Shown piece after piece: positions 36,227-48,628 of a DNA stretch of 64,000 nucleotides. The stretch's first letter is position 1. Every line of letters starts with the position of its first letter. The DNA is from Gemmatimonadota bacterium (GTDB lineage Bacteria; Gemmatimonadota; Gemmatimonadetes; Gemmatimonadales; GWC2-71-9): assembly GCA_025357945.1 (NCBI GenBank), contig JANYLJ010000054.1, forward strand, positions 136,607 through 200,606. Reading direction: 5' to 3'. The notes beneath the pieces were generated by a model. The model had not been told where the DNA came from, searched no databases, and worked only from the letters and a program-made list of their open reading frames with translations. Position numbers and translations under genes: made by a program.

Positions 36227-37921
36227 CTAGAAAAACACCGGCTCACGATACGCTCCCCAGACCTGTTCGAGCACGTGCCGGATTTCAAAGAGGGTGCAAT
36301 AGGCCCGCGCGCAATCGAGCATCGCGGGGATGATGTTCCGGTCGTCCTGCGCCGAGGTTGTCAGCGCCGCGAGGCGGGCATCCACCAGCGCCTGGTCACG
36401 GGATGCGCGCATTGCGACCATGCGACGCCGCTGCTCTACTTCCGCCGCCTGGTCGATCTTGAGGATATCGATCGGCGGTTCGTTGTCTTCGACAAACGCA
36501 TTGAGCCCGACGACCGTCCGCTGGCCAGCCTCCACTTCCGCCTGGAATCGCGAGGCGGAGCGGGCGATCTCGCGCTGGAACCAGCCCGCTTCGATCGCCG
36601 CCACGGTACCACCCATCGCTTCGACCTGGGCAAAGATTGCTTCCGCTTCGGCTTCCATCTGCTCGGTCAGCGCCTCGACCAGATACGACCCGCCGAGGGG
36701 ATCGGCGACGTTGGCGGCGCCGGTCTCGTAGGCGAGGATCTGCTGCGTGCGCAACGCCACCCGCACCGACAATTCGGTCGGCAGCGCCAACGTCTCGTCG
36801 AGCGCGTTGGTGTGGAGCGACTGCGTGCCGCCGAGCACGGCGGCGAGGGCCTGATACGCGACGCGCGCGACGTTGTTCATTGGCTGCTGCGCGGTGAGCG
36901 AGACGCCGGCCGTCTGGCAATGGAACCGCATCTTGAGCGATCGCTCGTCGCGCGCGCCGTAACGCTCACGCAGGTGACGCGCCCAGATTCGCCGCGCGGC
37001 GCGCAACTTGGCGATCTCCTCGAAGAAGTCGTTGTGCACGTCCCAGAAGAACGACAGCCGGGGCGCGAAGCGATCGACGTCCAGCCCGCGCGCGATGCCG
37101 CGTTCGACGTAGGTGAATCCGTTCGCCAGGGTGAAGGCGAGTTCCTGTCCGGCCGTCGACCCGGCTTCGCGAATGTGGTACCCCGAAATCGAGATCGAGT
37201 TCCACTGCGGCGTATGCTCGCTGGTCCATTCGAACAGGTCGACGATAATCTTGAGCGACGGCTCGACCGGGTAGATCCAGGCGTGCTGCGCCACGAATTC
37301 CTTGAGGATGTCGTTCTGGATCGTCCCTTGCAGCTTGGCGATCGGGACGCCCTGGCGTTCGGCGGCAGCCACGAAGAAGCAGAACAGGATCGCCGCCGGA
37401 CCGTTGATCGTCATCGAGACGGAGACCTGGTCCAGGGGGATCCCGTCGAAGAGCGTCTCCATGTCGGCGAGCGAGGAGATCGCGACGCCGCACTTGCCGA
37501 CCTCGCCCTCCGACCGGGGATGATCCGAGTCGTACCCCATCAGCGTCGGAAAATCGAACGCCACGGAGAGGCCGGTCTGGCCGCGTTCGAGCAGGAACTT
37601 GTACCGCTGGTTGGTGTCCGCTGCCGTGCCGAAGCCGGCAAACTGCCGCATCGTCCACAACTTGCCGCGGTACATGGTCGGGTGGATCCCGCGGGTGTAC
37701 GGGTACTCGCCGGGGAGCGGCTCGACCGACGCAACGTCCAGCGGCGTGTAGACGGGATTGAGCGCTCGGCCGGAAATTGTGGTGAAGGTGGTGTCGTCGC
37801 GCTGCTTCATTCCGGCGACCTTCGCCTGCCACGCCGCGACCTCGTCACGCAGGCGGGACAACTCCTCCCCCTGCACGGCGAGCCGTTCCAGAAGCGAGTC
37901 GTTCGAAGCGAGCGTCGTCAT
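36227..37921 (-). CDS. large (substrate-binding TIM-barrel) subunit of a split methylmalonyl-CoA-mutase-family enzyme
   Basis: ORF 36227..38569 trimmed to ATG 37919-37921 ([14 protein letters not shown]...). [36 protein letters not shown]. No C-terminal B12 domain. ATGA overlap with the meaB stop. Confidence 0.9.
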   Translation of the reverse strand: MTTLASNDSLLERLAVQGEELSRLRDEVAAWQAKVAGMKQRDDTTFTTISGRALNPVYTPLDVASVEPLPGEYPYTRGIHPTMYRGKLWTMRQFAGFGTAADTNQRYKFLLERGQTGLSVAFDFPTLMGYDSDHPRSEGEVGKCGVAISSLADMETLFDGIPLDQVSVSMTINGPAAILFCFFVAAAERQGVPIAKLQGTIQNDILKEFVAQHAWIYPVEPSLKIIVDLFEWTSEHTPQWNSISISGYHIREAGSTAGQELAFTLANGFTYVERGIARGLDVDRFAPRLSFFWDVHNDFFEEIAKLRAARRIWARHLRERYGARDERSLKMRFHCQTAGVSLTAQQPMNNVARVAYQALAAVLGGTQSLHTNALDETLALPTELSVRVALRTQQILAYETGAANVADPLGGSYLVEALTEQMEAEAEAIFAQVEAMGGTVAAIEAGWFQREIARSASRFQAEVEAGQRTVVGLNAFVEDNEPPIDILKIDQAAEVEQRRRMVAMRASRDQALVDARLAALTTSAQDDRNIIPAMLDCARAYCTLFEIRHVLEQVWGAYREPVFF

Positions 37922-38976
37922 ACCCTGGCCCCCTCCTTCAGTGCGGCAACGATATCCGCCGCCAGCTCGTAGGGACTCGTCCGGCCCACGGACACGTCGT
38001 CCAGCCGGGCGGTGATCATCTCGTCGGCGTGCGCCTCCTGCCAGACCCAGCGGCGCATGGCACGTTCGACGACCTCGCGCGTGCGCTCGGCGAGCCGGGT
38101 GCGCCGCCGTTGCTCGAGCGCACCGCTCGCGACCAGCCACAACCAGTGCGCTTCGAGCGCGTCGATGACCGCCTCGATCCCGTCGCCCTTCGACGCCGTC
38201 GTCACCAGCACCGGGGGCCGCCACACCGTCGGGTCGGCAACGTCCACAGCGGGCCGTTTCGGCGGACCCGAACGGAGCGCGCCATGATGCGCGGGCACCG
38301 GGCGTGACATCCTGCCGCTTCGGAGGTCCAGCGACATCTCCAGTTCGCGCCGTAACTTGTCGGCGCCGGGTCGATCGGCCTTGTTCACCACGAAGAGATC
38401 GGCCGCTTCGATGATGCCGGACTTCAGCGTCTGGATCCCGTCGCCAGATTCCGGCACCAGGATCAGCGCGGTCGTGTCCGCCATTCTGGTGACGTCGAGT
38501 TCGGATTGCCCGACACCAACGGTCTCCACGATGATGCGCTCGAACCCCGCGGCGTCGAGCACGTCGCACACTTCGCGCGTCGCGGTCGCGAGGCCACCGA
38601 GTGAGCCCCGCGTGGCCATCGAGCGGATGTAGACGCCGGGATCGAGGGCGACGCTCTCCATCCGGATCCGGTCGCCGAGGAGGGCTCCGCCAGTGAACGG
38701 TGATGTCGGGTCGACGGCGACCACGGCGACACGGAGGCCCTGGACCCGATACGCGGTGACCAGGCGTTCGGTCAGGGTGGATTTGCCGGCACCGGGCGGC
38801 CCGGTCAGTCCGATGCGGCGTGCCCGGCCGAGGCGGGGATGCAACGTCGCGAGCAACTCTTCGTACCCGGATCGTCCGTTCTCGACGATCGAAACGGCCC
38901 GCGCCAGAGCGGCGACTTTCCCCGCCAGCAGCGCGGCGGTCAACGCGTCATCGAGCATGACGGAACCTAGCACCAC
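37918..38976 (-). CDS. meaB: methylmalonyl-CoA mutase-associated G3E GTPase MeaB/ArgK
   Basis: Walker [38 protein letters not shown]. Confidence 0.9.
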   Translation of the reverse strand: MVLGSVMLDDALTAALLAGKVAALARAVSIVENGRSGYEELLATLHPRLGRARRIGLTGPPGAGKSTLTERLVTAYRVQGLRVAVVAVDPTSPFTGGALLGDRIRMESVALDPGVYIRSMATRGSLGGLATATREVCDVLDAAGFERIIVETVGVGQSELDVTRMADTTALILVPESGDGIQTLKSGIIEAADLFVVNKADRPGADKLRRELEMSLDLRSGRMSRPVPAHHGALRSGPPKRPAVDVADPTVWRPPVLVTTASKGDGIEAVIDALEAHWLWLVASGALEQRRRTRLAERTREVVERAMRRWVWQEAHADEMITARLDDVSVGRTSPYELAADIVAALKEGARV

Positions 38977-39000
38977 GCCTCGACTTAGGCCAAAAACCGG

Positions 39001-40341
39001 TCACAGCAGGATGGCGCTGGCAAGGCCGAGCAACAGGGCAAAACCGGTCGCGTCAGTGAGGGCGGTCACGACCACCGGGGATGCCAGCGCCGGATCGCGG
39101 CCCAGGCGCCGGAGAACCACCGGGAGGGCCGCCCCGACGATAGCTGCGAGCGCGACGTTGGCGGCCATCGCGACCGACACGACGAGGCCGAGTTTCCATG
39201 TTTCGCCGAGAAGTACGGCCACCCCGCCGACGACCGCGCCAATACCGATACCGTTGACGGCGCCGGTCGCCGCCTCGCGCGCGATGAGCCCCCAGAGCCT
39301 CGCCGACCGCTCTGGATGCAGGATCAGCCGGCGCACCGAGGTCGCCAGCGCCTGTGTCCCGGCGTTGCCACCCACACCGGCAATCACGGGCATCCATACG
39401 GCGAGCGTGACGATCCGGAGTACCGAGCCCTTGAAGAAGTACACCACGGCGGCGGCGCCGAACGCGAGGAGCAGGTTGGTGTAGAGCCATGGCAGGCGGC
39501 TCCGAACCGCCGAAGACCACGTGGCGTCGACGCCTTCACCAACCAGAACGCCGCCGAAGCGGAGCAGGTCGTCTGTTGCCTCGTCCACGGTGACGTCGCG
39601 CACGTCATCGCCGGTGACTCGGCCCAGCAGGCGTCCCGCCCGGTCGACCACCGGGACACTGCTCAGGTTGTAGCGCGCGATCACCCGGGCGACCAATTGA
39701 TGGTCCTCGTCCGGGCCGACGTGCACGGTGGTGCGGCTCATGACATCACGAACCAACTGCGCTGGCGATGCCCTCAGCAGTTGCTGCAACGACAGGACGC
39801 CACGTAGCCGACGTTCGGCGTCGACCACGAAGATCTCTGTCAGGTCGCCGATCATCGCAGCCTGCCGCCGGACCGCTTCCACCGCCAGGCCGATCGGATC
39901 GAGTTCGCTGACCGTGACCAAGCGCGATGTCATCAGTCCGCCGGCGGATCGTGCGCCGTGGGCCAGCAGCTCGTTGAGCGCGGCCGGGTCCGCCAGGCGG
40001 TCAAGCAGCGCCCGGCGTTCATCCGGGGACAACCGGCCCAACAGGGCCGCCGCGTCGTCATCCTCCAGTTCGGCAACAAGGCGCACCGCGCGTTCGGCGC
40101 CGAGTTCAGCCAGGATTCGTTCGGCCCGGGCATCGCGCGGCATCTCGAGGAGTGCGTGCGCGGCGAGCCGCGGCGGCAGCTGCATCACCAGCACCTGCCG
40201 CTCCACCACTCCCAACTCGAGCAGTACATCCGCAACGTCAGCCGCGGGAAGCTGGGCGGCGCGGTCTACGAATGCCGCCACGCGCCCTTCGCGCACCAGC
40301 GCCACCAGTTCACCGGTCTGGTCGGTTAGCGCCGTCTTCAT
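39001..40341 (-). CDS. mgtE: magnesium transporter MgtE
   Basis: MgtE N-domain, CBS pair (MTSRLVTVSELD..., VVDRAGRLLGRVTGDDV), and a C-terminal 5-TM domain with GNAGTQ. Confidence 0.9.
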   Translation of the reverse strand: MKTALTDQTGELVALVREGRVAAFVDRAAQLPAADVADVLLELGVVERQVLVMQLPPRLAAHALLEMPRDARAERILAELGAERAVRLVAELEDDDAAALLGRLSPDERRALLDRLADPAALNELLAHGARSAGGLMTSRLVTVSELDPIGLAVEAVRRQAAMIGDLTEIFVVDAERRLRGVLSLQQLLRASPAQLVRDVMSRTTVHVGPDEDHQLVARVIARYNLSSVPVVDRAGRLLGRVTGDDVRDVTVDEATDDLLRFGGVLVGEGVDATWSSAVRSRLPWLYTNLLLAFGAAAVVYFFKGSVLRIVTLAVWMPVIAGVGGNAGTQALATSVRRLILHPERSARLWGLIAREAATGAVNGIGIGAVVGGVAVLLGETWKLGLVVSVAMAANVALAAIVGAALPVVLRRLGRDPALASPVVVTALTDATGFALLLGLASAILL

Positions 40342-41525
40342 GCCGGCGCGCGATCGAGATTGACTGCACCAGCGTTGCTGCGGCGTATCAGGACCCGCTC
40401 CACTCGGGTGGCGGATGCCTGGATCACGTCAACCTCGAGCCCCCGGACCAGGAAGCGGTCGCCCGCACGAGGGATCCGTCCAGCCAATTCCGCGAGCAGT
40501 CCCCCGAACGATGCCGCGTCGCTCGGCGGCAGGTCCACCGCGAAGTGCTCGGCGACTACCGACGGCGCGGTAGCACCGTCGACCTCGAGGAGATCGCCCG
40601 CCGGCGCGGGCGCTGGCGGCGCGGCGGCGTCCTCATCGGCGATCTCGCCGACGAGCGCCTCGAGGAGGTCTTCGAGCGTCACGATACCCGCCGTGCCGCC
40701 GAATTCATCGACCACGACCGCGAGGTGCTGGCGTTCACGCTGCATATCGAGGAGTACGTCGCCAGCCGGACGCAGCTCCGGCGCGAACGATACCTGCCGC
40801 AACGGGAGAGGGTCGCCAACCTGATACTTGAACAGGTCGAACGCGTGGATCATGCCGACGATCTCATCGAGCGTGGCGCCGTACACCGGCACGCGCGTGT
40901 ATCCACTCTCGGCGAACACCGTTTCGACCTCAGCGTATCCCGCGTCCTGCGGGACGGCCACCACGTCGGTCCGCGGCGTCATCACGGCGCGCACCGGTCG
41001 TGCGGCGAAGGTCATCACACCGCCCACCATCACCAGTTCTTCGCCACCGACACCGGACGCGGACCCCTCGCGCGCGAGGGCGCGAACGTCATCGCCCGGA
41101 TCGGCGTTGCGCGCCGGAAGCACCACGCCGAGGAGTGCGGTCCACCCGGTCAACACCGGCTGCAAACGATCCACGACACGTTCGGCTCGGGGCACCGTGA
41201 GCCAGCGTGGCAACAGGTAGCCGCCGAGCAGTGTGATTGGAACGCCCACGAAAACGACCACGAGCCAGAGGGCCCACGACGTGGCACCATTGAGGAGCCC
41301 GGGAATCGCCGCGCCGGAGAGTGCGACACCGAGCGATGTCGCCGCAGTCGCAGCGACCACCTGGCGTTCCGTCGTCGCCAGCCACCCGAGTGACTCCCGC
41401 GTGCCGCGCAGCCGACGCGAGATCGCCTCGGCGAGTGCGGCCCGCGCAGTCGTCACCAACGCGGCCGCGCCAGCCGATCCGACGAAGGCCAGCGCCAACC
41501 CGGCGCACAGCAGGAGCCACTTCAC
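40338..41525 (-). CDS. CNNM/CorC-type protein (TM domain + CBS pair + CorC_HlyC)
   Basis: MTPRTDVVAV, VPVYGATLDEIVGMI, HLAVVVDEFGGTAGIVTLEDLLEALVGEI, C-terminal ...VERVLIRR. Confidence 0.8.
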   Translation of the reverse strand: MKWLLLCAGLALAFVGSAGAAALVTTARAALAEAISRRLRGTRESLGWLATTERQVVAATAATSLGVALSGAAIPGLLNGATSWALWLVVVFVGVPITLLGGYLLPRWLTVPRAERVVDRLQPVLTGWTALLGVVLPARNADPGDDVRALAREGSASGVGGEELVMVGGVMTFAARPVRAVMTPRTDVVAVPQDAGYAEVETVFAESGYTRVPVYGATLDEIVGMIHAFDLFKYQVGDPLPLRQVSFAPELRPAGDVLLDMQRERQHLAVVVDEFGGTAGIVTLEDLLEALVGEIADEDAAAPPAPAPAGDLLEVDGATAPSVVAEHFAVDLPPSDAASFGGLLAELAGRIPRAGDRFLVRGLEVDVIQASATRVERVLIRRSNAGAVNLDRAPA

Positions 41526-42700
41526 GCGGACCGCTGCTCATCGGCGGGCTGCGGCGGCCAGACGGTGATGCGCCGCACGCGGCGGCGAACGACCAGGTCA
41601 ATGACGAATCGCCAGCCGTCGATCACCCGTTCCTCGCCGGTGCGCGGGACACGCCCGAACTCGGCGAGCACGAGCCCGCCGACAGTGGCGACCTGGTCCT
41701 GGCCGAAATCATGCGCCAACTCGGCTTCGAGGTCGGCGAGTGGGATGCCGCCCTGCACCGTGTAGTGGCCGTCGTCGTGCCGCAGCAACGGCTGCACCTC
41801 ATCGACGTCGTGCTCGTCCTGGATCTCGCCGACGATCTGTTCGAGGATGTCCTCGAGCGTCACCAGGCCCGCCGTGCCGCCGAACTCATCAACGACGATC
41901 GCGAGGTGGCCACTACCACGCTGAAAGTCGCGGAGCTGGCGATCGAGGCGCTTGGCCTCGGGCACGAAGCCGGCCGGCCGGATCAACGTTTGCCACGGGA
42001 CATGCGATGTGGTGCCGCTGTGGAGCCGCGGGAGCATGTCCTTGGCGTGGAACATGCCGACGATTGCATCAGCGTGCCCGTCGAACACCACCAATCGCGC
42101 GTGCTCGCTTCGGCGCAGCGTAGCGATCACGTCGGCTTCGCTCGCGGCGACGTCGACCGCGATGATATCGATCCGCGGCGTCATCACTTCGGACACCGTC
42201 ATGGTCGAGAGTGAAAAGACGCCAAACGCCATCTCCTGCGGCCTCTGGGCACCGGCACGGGGTGCGGCGCCCGGCGTCACGCTGAGGCTCCGGTCGGCAC
42301 GGCTGGCGAGGTGAAGCAACGGTGCAAAGGCCGGCGCGGCACGCAGGGCGACCATCCGCGCGTACGGGACGAGTTCCGGCGCCAGCGCGGCGAGCAGGCG
42401 GGGCGCCAGGTCGCCCACTGCCCACACGAGCAGCGTGACCAGGATCACCCGGATCAATGCGCCAACCGGCGGGTAGGACCACCAGGCCACCGCGGTCGCG
42501 GCGAGTGCCGCCGCCACGGTGAGCAGGGTGAGATGCATGATGTGCAGCGCCCGCGCCGGTGGCAGGCGGTCGGGCACCGCTTCGCGGGCGAGTGCGCGCG
42601 CGCCGAGCTCGGCTTCGCCTTCTCCCGCCAGCGCCATGAGACTGGCCGCCAGCATGACCAGGCCGGCAAGCGCCGGAAGGCCGCGGATCAGTTCGTTCAC
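41522..42700 (-). CDS. second CNNM/CorC-type protein (TM domain + CBS pair + CorC_HlyC)
   Basis: GTG at 42698-42700 overlaps the ybeY stop (GTGA). VMTPRIDIIAV, HLAIVVDEFGGTAGLVTLEDILEQIVGEIQDEHD. Confidence 0.8.
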   Translation of the reverse strand: MNELIRGLPALAGLVMLAASLMALAGEGEAELGARALAREAVPDRLPPARALHIMHLTLLTVAAALAATAVAWWSYPPVGALIRVILVTLLVWAVGDLAPRLLAALAPELVPYARMVALRAAPAFAPLLHLASRADRSLSVTPGAAPRAGAQRPQEMAFGVFSLSTMTVSEVMTPRIDIIAVDVAASEADVIATLRRSEHARLVVFDGHADAIVGMFHAKDMLPRLHSGTTSHVPWQTLIRPAGFVPEAKRLDRQLRDFQRGSGHLAIVVDEFGGTAGLVTLEDILEQIVGEIQDEHDVDEVQPLLRHDDGHYTVQGGIPLADLEAELAHDFGQDQVATVGGLVLAEFGRVPRTGEERVIDGWRFVIDLVVRRRVRRITVWPPQPADEQRSA

Positions 42701-43125
42701 GGCAGGCTCGCCAGGTACCGCTCCTGACGCCGCCACATCGGTGACCGGGTCAGCGTCGCGTCCTGGGGATGATCCCATCCCAGGATGTGGAGCGTGCCGT
42801 GCACCACGAGGCGGAGCAGTTCCTCACGAACCGGAACGGCGTGGGCACGCGCGTTGCGCGCCGCCACGTAGCGGCAGATGTAGATGTCCGCAGCCACAGA
42901 GCCATCCGGCTGCGGCAACGGGAACGAGATCACGTCGGTGGAGTAGTCGTGGCCGAGATACTGGGCGTTGAGCCGTCGCATCTGTGTCTTGCCGACGAAC
43001 GTGATCGCGACCCGCGCGCGTCGCCGTTCGTGTCGCAACACGTGCGCAGCCGTCGCGCGCACCGCGCGGGCCAACCCATCGGTGCCGCCGCTCACGATCA
43101 CCGCCGAGATGCCCGCGACCGGCAT
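42697..43125 (-). CDS. ybeY: rRNA maturation RNase YbeY
   Basis: VVHGTLHILGWDH zinc-binding motif. Confidence 0.9.
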   Translation of the reverse strand: MPVAGISAVIVSGGTDGLARAVRATAAHVLRHERRRARVAITFVGKTQMRRLNAQYLGHDYSTDVISFPLPQPDGSVAADIYICRYVAARNARAHAVPVREELLRLVVHGTLHILGWDHPQDATLTRSPMWRRQERYLASLP

Positions 43126-44077
43126 CAGCCTGCCTGGTCGTCGGCGTACGCGCGGATGATGTCCTTGACCAGCCGGTGGCGCACCACGTCGGCGTCCGTG
43201 AGATAGTGAAATGCGATGCCCTCGATGCCGGGCAGGACGCGCTCGATCTGCACCAGGCCGGAGTCCTCGCGTCGCGGCAGGTCGATCTGTGTCTTGTCGC
43301 CGGTCACGACCACCTTGCTGTTCACGCCCAGCCGCGTCAGGAGCATCTTCATCTGGGCACCGGTCGCGTTCTGTGCCTCATCAAGGATGATGAACGCGTC
43401 GGAGAGCGTGCGCCCGCGCATGTACGCCAGCGGCGCGATCTCGATGACGCGCGTCTCGATCGCCTTCTGCACCTTGTCGTTCGGCATCATATCTTCGAGC
43501 GCGTCGTAGAGCGGCCGCAGGTATGGATCGACCTTCTGTTGCAGGTCACCCGGCAGGAATCCCAGTGACTCACCGGCCTCGACCGCGGGGCGCGCGAGCA
43601 CGATGCGCTTGACCTGTTTGCGCGCGAGCGCCTCCACTGCCTTGGCGACCGCGAGGTAGGTCTTGCCGGTGCCGGCGGGGCCGATGCCGATCACGATGTC
43701 GTGCGCCGCGATCACGCTGAGGTACTCGCGTTGGCCGGGCGTCTTGGCGACGATTGCGCGGCGGCGCCCCGGCAACAGGATCTTCCCCGAATCGCCCGGG
43801 GTGCCAAGTTCGCCGACGTGCCCCTCGGTCGCGATGCGGAACACGTCTTCGGACTCGATCGCCTGTCCGCTCCGCGCCAGGTCGATCAGGCCCTGCACCA
43901 CGGGTGTCGCGCGCGTCAACTGGTCGACCGTGCCGATCATCGTGACGGCGTCGCCGCGGTGCGACACGCGGACGCCGAGGGCACGCTGCAGTTCGGTGAA
44001 GTTCGCTTCGTTGATCCCGGCGAGCGCCATCGGATCGGCGCCGTCAGCGGCGAGCGTGACGCGGGTATCGTCGGTGT

Positions 44078-44081
<4 letters not shown>
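43125..44081 (-). CDS. phoH: PhoH-family ATPase
   Basis: Walker [24 protein letters not shown]. Confidence 0.9.
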
Positions 44082-45958
<1,877 letters not shown>

Positions 45959-46736
45959 TGAGGCAGAACCCGAGGTAGATGAGGATAAGACCAATCAATT
46001 CAGTGACATACAGGACTTCGACATGCCCGAATCGGGTCGCTGTTCCGCCGATCCCCGGTAACAGGCCTCCCACCGCGATCGCGACGTTGCCGGCCACCTT
46101 TTCCGGACTGCCGCCGCCTCGGTGGTAGCGCCACGCGGACAGGATGGCCCCGCCCACCAACATCACCAAGGCATAGGTATTGATGAACGGGCTGAACCCG
46201 CGGACCCAGGTCCAGCGCAGCACGTGTCCGGACAGACGGTGCGCCTCCACCAGCGCGAGATTGATCGGGCTGAGCACCACACCGACCGACGCGATCACAA
46301 CCACGAGCAGCAGGCACTTTGTCACGACGTCGGCGGTTCGACGGCGAAGCAGCAGGTAGGCGGTGCCCTGAGCCAGCGGTGCTCCGCCGAGCAGCGCGCC
46401 ACTGATGTACCACAAGCGGAACACGGCCGGATGCCAGCCGATCAGCGTGGTCAGCGATTCTGTGGTCGTGCCGACGGCGTACACCAGCACGCCGATACCC
46501 CAGCAGACCAGATGCGGCGCGGGGCGGCGCTCGGCCCACCGACGAAACAGCTGGGGAGCAAACCAGAGCGCGAAGCAGGTCGTGATGATCGGGATATAGT
46601 GCGTGGCATCGGTCATGACGATTCGGCTCCGGGGCGCGCGCGCGCGGCGCGGAAGAAGCATAGGAACCCGTGGTGGTCGGGGCCATCCGGTCGAGTACGG
46701 AACGGAGCGACAGTGCCCTGCTTACTTTTCGCGCAG

Positions 46737-47810
46737 ATGCCGCCGACCACGACGACGCTCCTTGATCTTGCACCGGCTGAGGCCGCGGCACGACTCAACC
46801 AATGGGTCGCCGCCGAGGGGCTCCCCAAGTACCGCTCGGCCCAGCTGCTCCGGCGGCTCTGGGTGGCACCCGTCGGATCGTGGCAGGACGCCACGGAGCT
46901 CCCGAAGAGCGTTCGGGACCGCCTCGACGCGGCACTCCCGCTGCCCCGCCTCACGGCCGAGGTGGTTCAGCAGTCGCAGGACGGCACCCGCAAGTTCCTG
47001 TGGGCGCTCGCCGATGGTGAAAAGATCGAGTCTGTCCTCATCCCCAGCGGTTCCCGGCGAACGCTCTGCATATCGTCCCAGGCCGGCTGCGCCCTCGGCT
47101 GTGTGTTCTGCGCCACCGGGCGGATGGGATTCCGTCGCAACCTCACCGCCTGGGAAATCGCGGCGCAGGTTCGTGAGATCGTGCTGCTGAATCCCGAGGA
47201 CAAGCCCAGCAACATCGTCTACATGGGAATGGGCGAGCCGCTCCTCAACTGGGACGCCGTGGCCGCGACGCTGACGATCCTGAACAGCCCGGACGGGTTC
47301 GGGATCGGCGCGCGGCACATCACGGTCTCCACGGTCGGGATCGTGCCGGGCATGCTCGCGCTCGCCAAGCGTCCGGAGCAGTTCCGGCTGGCGATCTCGT
47401 TGCATTCACCGCACGCCGCAGACCGCCTGGCGTTGATGCCGATCGAGAAGAAGTATTCGTTGCAAGAGGTGCTGGAGGCCGCGCACGCGTTCCACCGGCG
47501 CATCACCTTCGAATACGTATTGATCGCCGGCAAGAATGACCGGGAGAAGGACGTCGTGGCACTTGGGTCGCTGGCCCGCAAGCTCGGCGCGCACGTGAAC
47601 CTGTTGCCGCTGCACCCCGGGGGCAATCCCGATCTCACGCCGACCGCGGCAGCGCGCATCCGCGAGTTCCGGGATGAATTGATCACGCGCGGCGTCGAGG
47701 CGGTGGTGCGTCGGAGTCGCGGACTGGATATCGATGCGGCGTGCGGGCAACTGCGCGTGAAGATGGAGCCGAAACAGCGCGCCCGTTTGCATCAGGTTGA
47801 AGTTCGCTAG
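46737..47810 (+). CDS. rlmN: 23S rRNA/tRNA adenine-C2 methyltransferase RlmN (radical SAM)
   Basis: ORF 46122..47810 trimmed to ATG 46737 (MPPTTTTLLDL...). YRSAQLLRRLW, CISSQAGCALGCVFCATG. Confidence 0.9.
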   Translation: MPPTTTTLLDLAPAEAAARLNQWVAAEGLPKYRSAQLLRRLWVAPVGSWQDATELPKSVRDRLDAALPLPRLTAEVVQQSQDGTRKFLWALADGEKIESVLIPSGSRRTLCISSQAGCALGCVFCATGRMGFRRNLTAWEIAAQVREIVLLNPEDKPSNIVYMGMGEPLLNWDAVAATLTILNSPDGFGIGARHITVSTVGIVPGMLALAKRPEQFRLAISLHSPHAADRLALMPIEKKYSLQEVLEAAHAFHRRITFEYVLIAGKNDREKDVVALGSLARKLGAHVNLLPLHPGGNPDLTPTAAARIREFRDELITRGVEAVVRRSRGLDIDAACGQLRVKMEPKQRARLHQVEVR

Positions 47811-47846
47811 TCAATTACCGCTGCTGACCCGCGCCCAAGGTCACCC

Positions 47847-48266
47847 GTGTCACAGACGCCGTCCTCCTCGCTGATACTCTCGATCGCCGTCGGCAGCGCC
47901 GCCGGCGGCGTCGCACGCTACCTGCTCAGCGGTGCGGTCCACAACCGGCTGGGCACGGCATTTCCAGTCGGCACGCTCGTGGTCAACGTGCTAGGCTGCC
48001 TCGCCTTGGGCTTCATCCTGCAGGTCGCCCTGGATACCGGTGAACTCTCGCCGGCGGCGCGCGCCCTCCTCACCACCGGGTTCTGCGGCGGATTCACCAC
48101 GTTCTCGACCTTCAGCTGGGAAACGATGGGGCTGATCGAGGAGGGCTCCCTGCGGCGCGCGGCATTGAACGTCGGCGGCAGCGTGGTGCTCGGGCTCGGC
48201 GCAATATGGGTCGGCATGCTGACGGCGAAAATCCTGTTGAGCGTGCTACGAAAAGGAGGGACGTGA
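47847..48266 (+). CDS. crcB: fluoride efflux channel CrcB
   Basis: GTG start. VNVLGCLALGF, GFCGGFTTFSTFSWE. Confidence 0.85.
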   Translation: MSQTPSSSLILSIAVGSAAGGVARYLLSGAVHNRLGTAFPVGTLVVNVLGCLALGFILQVALDTGELSPAARALLTTGFCGGFTTFSTFSWETMGLIEEGSLRRAALNVGGSVVLGLGAIWVGMLTAKILLSVLRKGGT

Positions 48267-48268
48267 AC

Positions 48269-48610
48269 ATGGAGAGCCAGACCGGTGAGCGGCTCCTGAT
48301 GCGCATTCACCTCGGTGAACGCGATCAATGGCACGGACGCCCGCTGTATCAGGCGATCGTTGAACTGCTCCGCAGCAGGCACTATGCGGGGGCCACGGTT
48401 TATCGGGGGATCATGGGCTTCGGCGCGACCGCGCGACTGCGCACCGACCGCCTCGAGATCCTTTCACTCGATCTCCCAATCGTGGTCGAGTGCGTCGACA
48501 CGGAAGCGGAGATCGAGGCGATTCTGCCCGAGCTCGATCCGATGATCGGCGGCGGACTGATCACGTTGGAAAAGGTGCGGGTGCGACTCTACCGCCCCGA
48601 GCCGAAGTAA
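48269..48610 (+). CDS. DUF190-domain (PII-like) protein commonly paired with crcB
   Basis: Trimmed to ATG 48269 (MESQTGERLLMRIHLGERDQWHGRPLYQAIVELLR...GATVYRGIMGFG), 2 nt after the crcB stop. Confidence 0.7.
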   Translation: MESQTGERLLMRIHLGERDQWHGRPLYQAIVELLRSRHYAGATVYRGIMGFGATARLRTDRLEILSLDLPIVVECVDTEAEIEAILPELDPMIGGGLITLEKVRVRLYRPEPK

Positions 48611-48628
48611 GCGGCCACATCGCGCGTC

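Noticed and set aside
36275-37972. 565-aa plus-strand ORF
   Set aside because: It is antisense to the mutase large subunit gene, which carries strong family motifs. No motif is recognisable in the antisense product.
38977-39000. Cobalamin riboswitch upstream of the meaB-mutase genes
   Set aside because: Only 24 nt separate the mgtE stop from the meaB start, far too short for a B12 riboswitch, and no B12-box-like sequence was seen.
46122-46736. Long N-terminal extensions on many track ORFs (e.g. rlmN 562 aa, carA 455 aa, mutase 780 aa, hydrolase 631 aa, hydroxyacid dehydrogenase 430 aa)
   Set aside because: The extensions overlap neighbouring genes or promoters and are Arg/Gly/Pro-rich. They end at an internal ATG or GTG that matches the conserved family N-terminus and, in several cases, an upstream SD or a stop-start overlap. 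They are open-frame run-on, not fusion proteins or pseudogenes.
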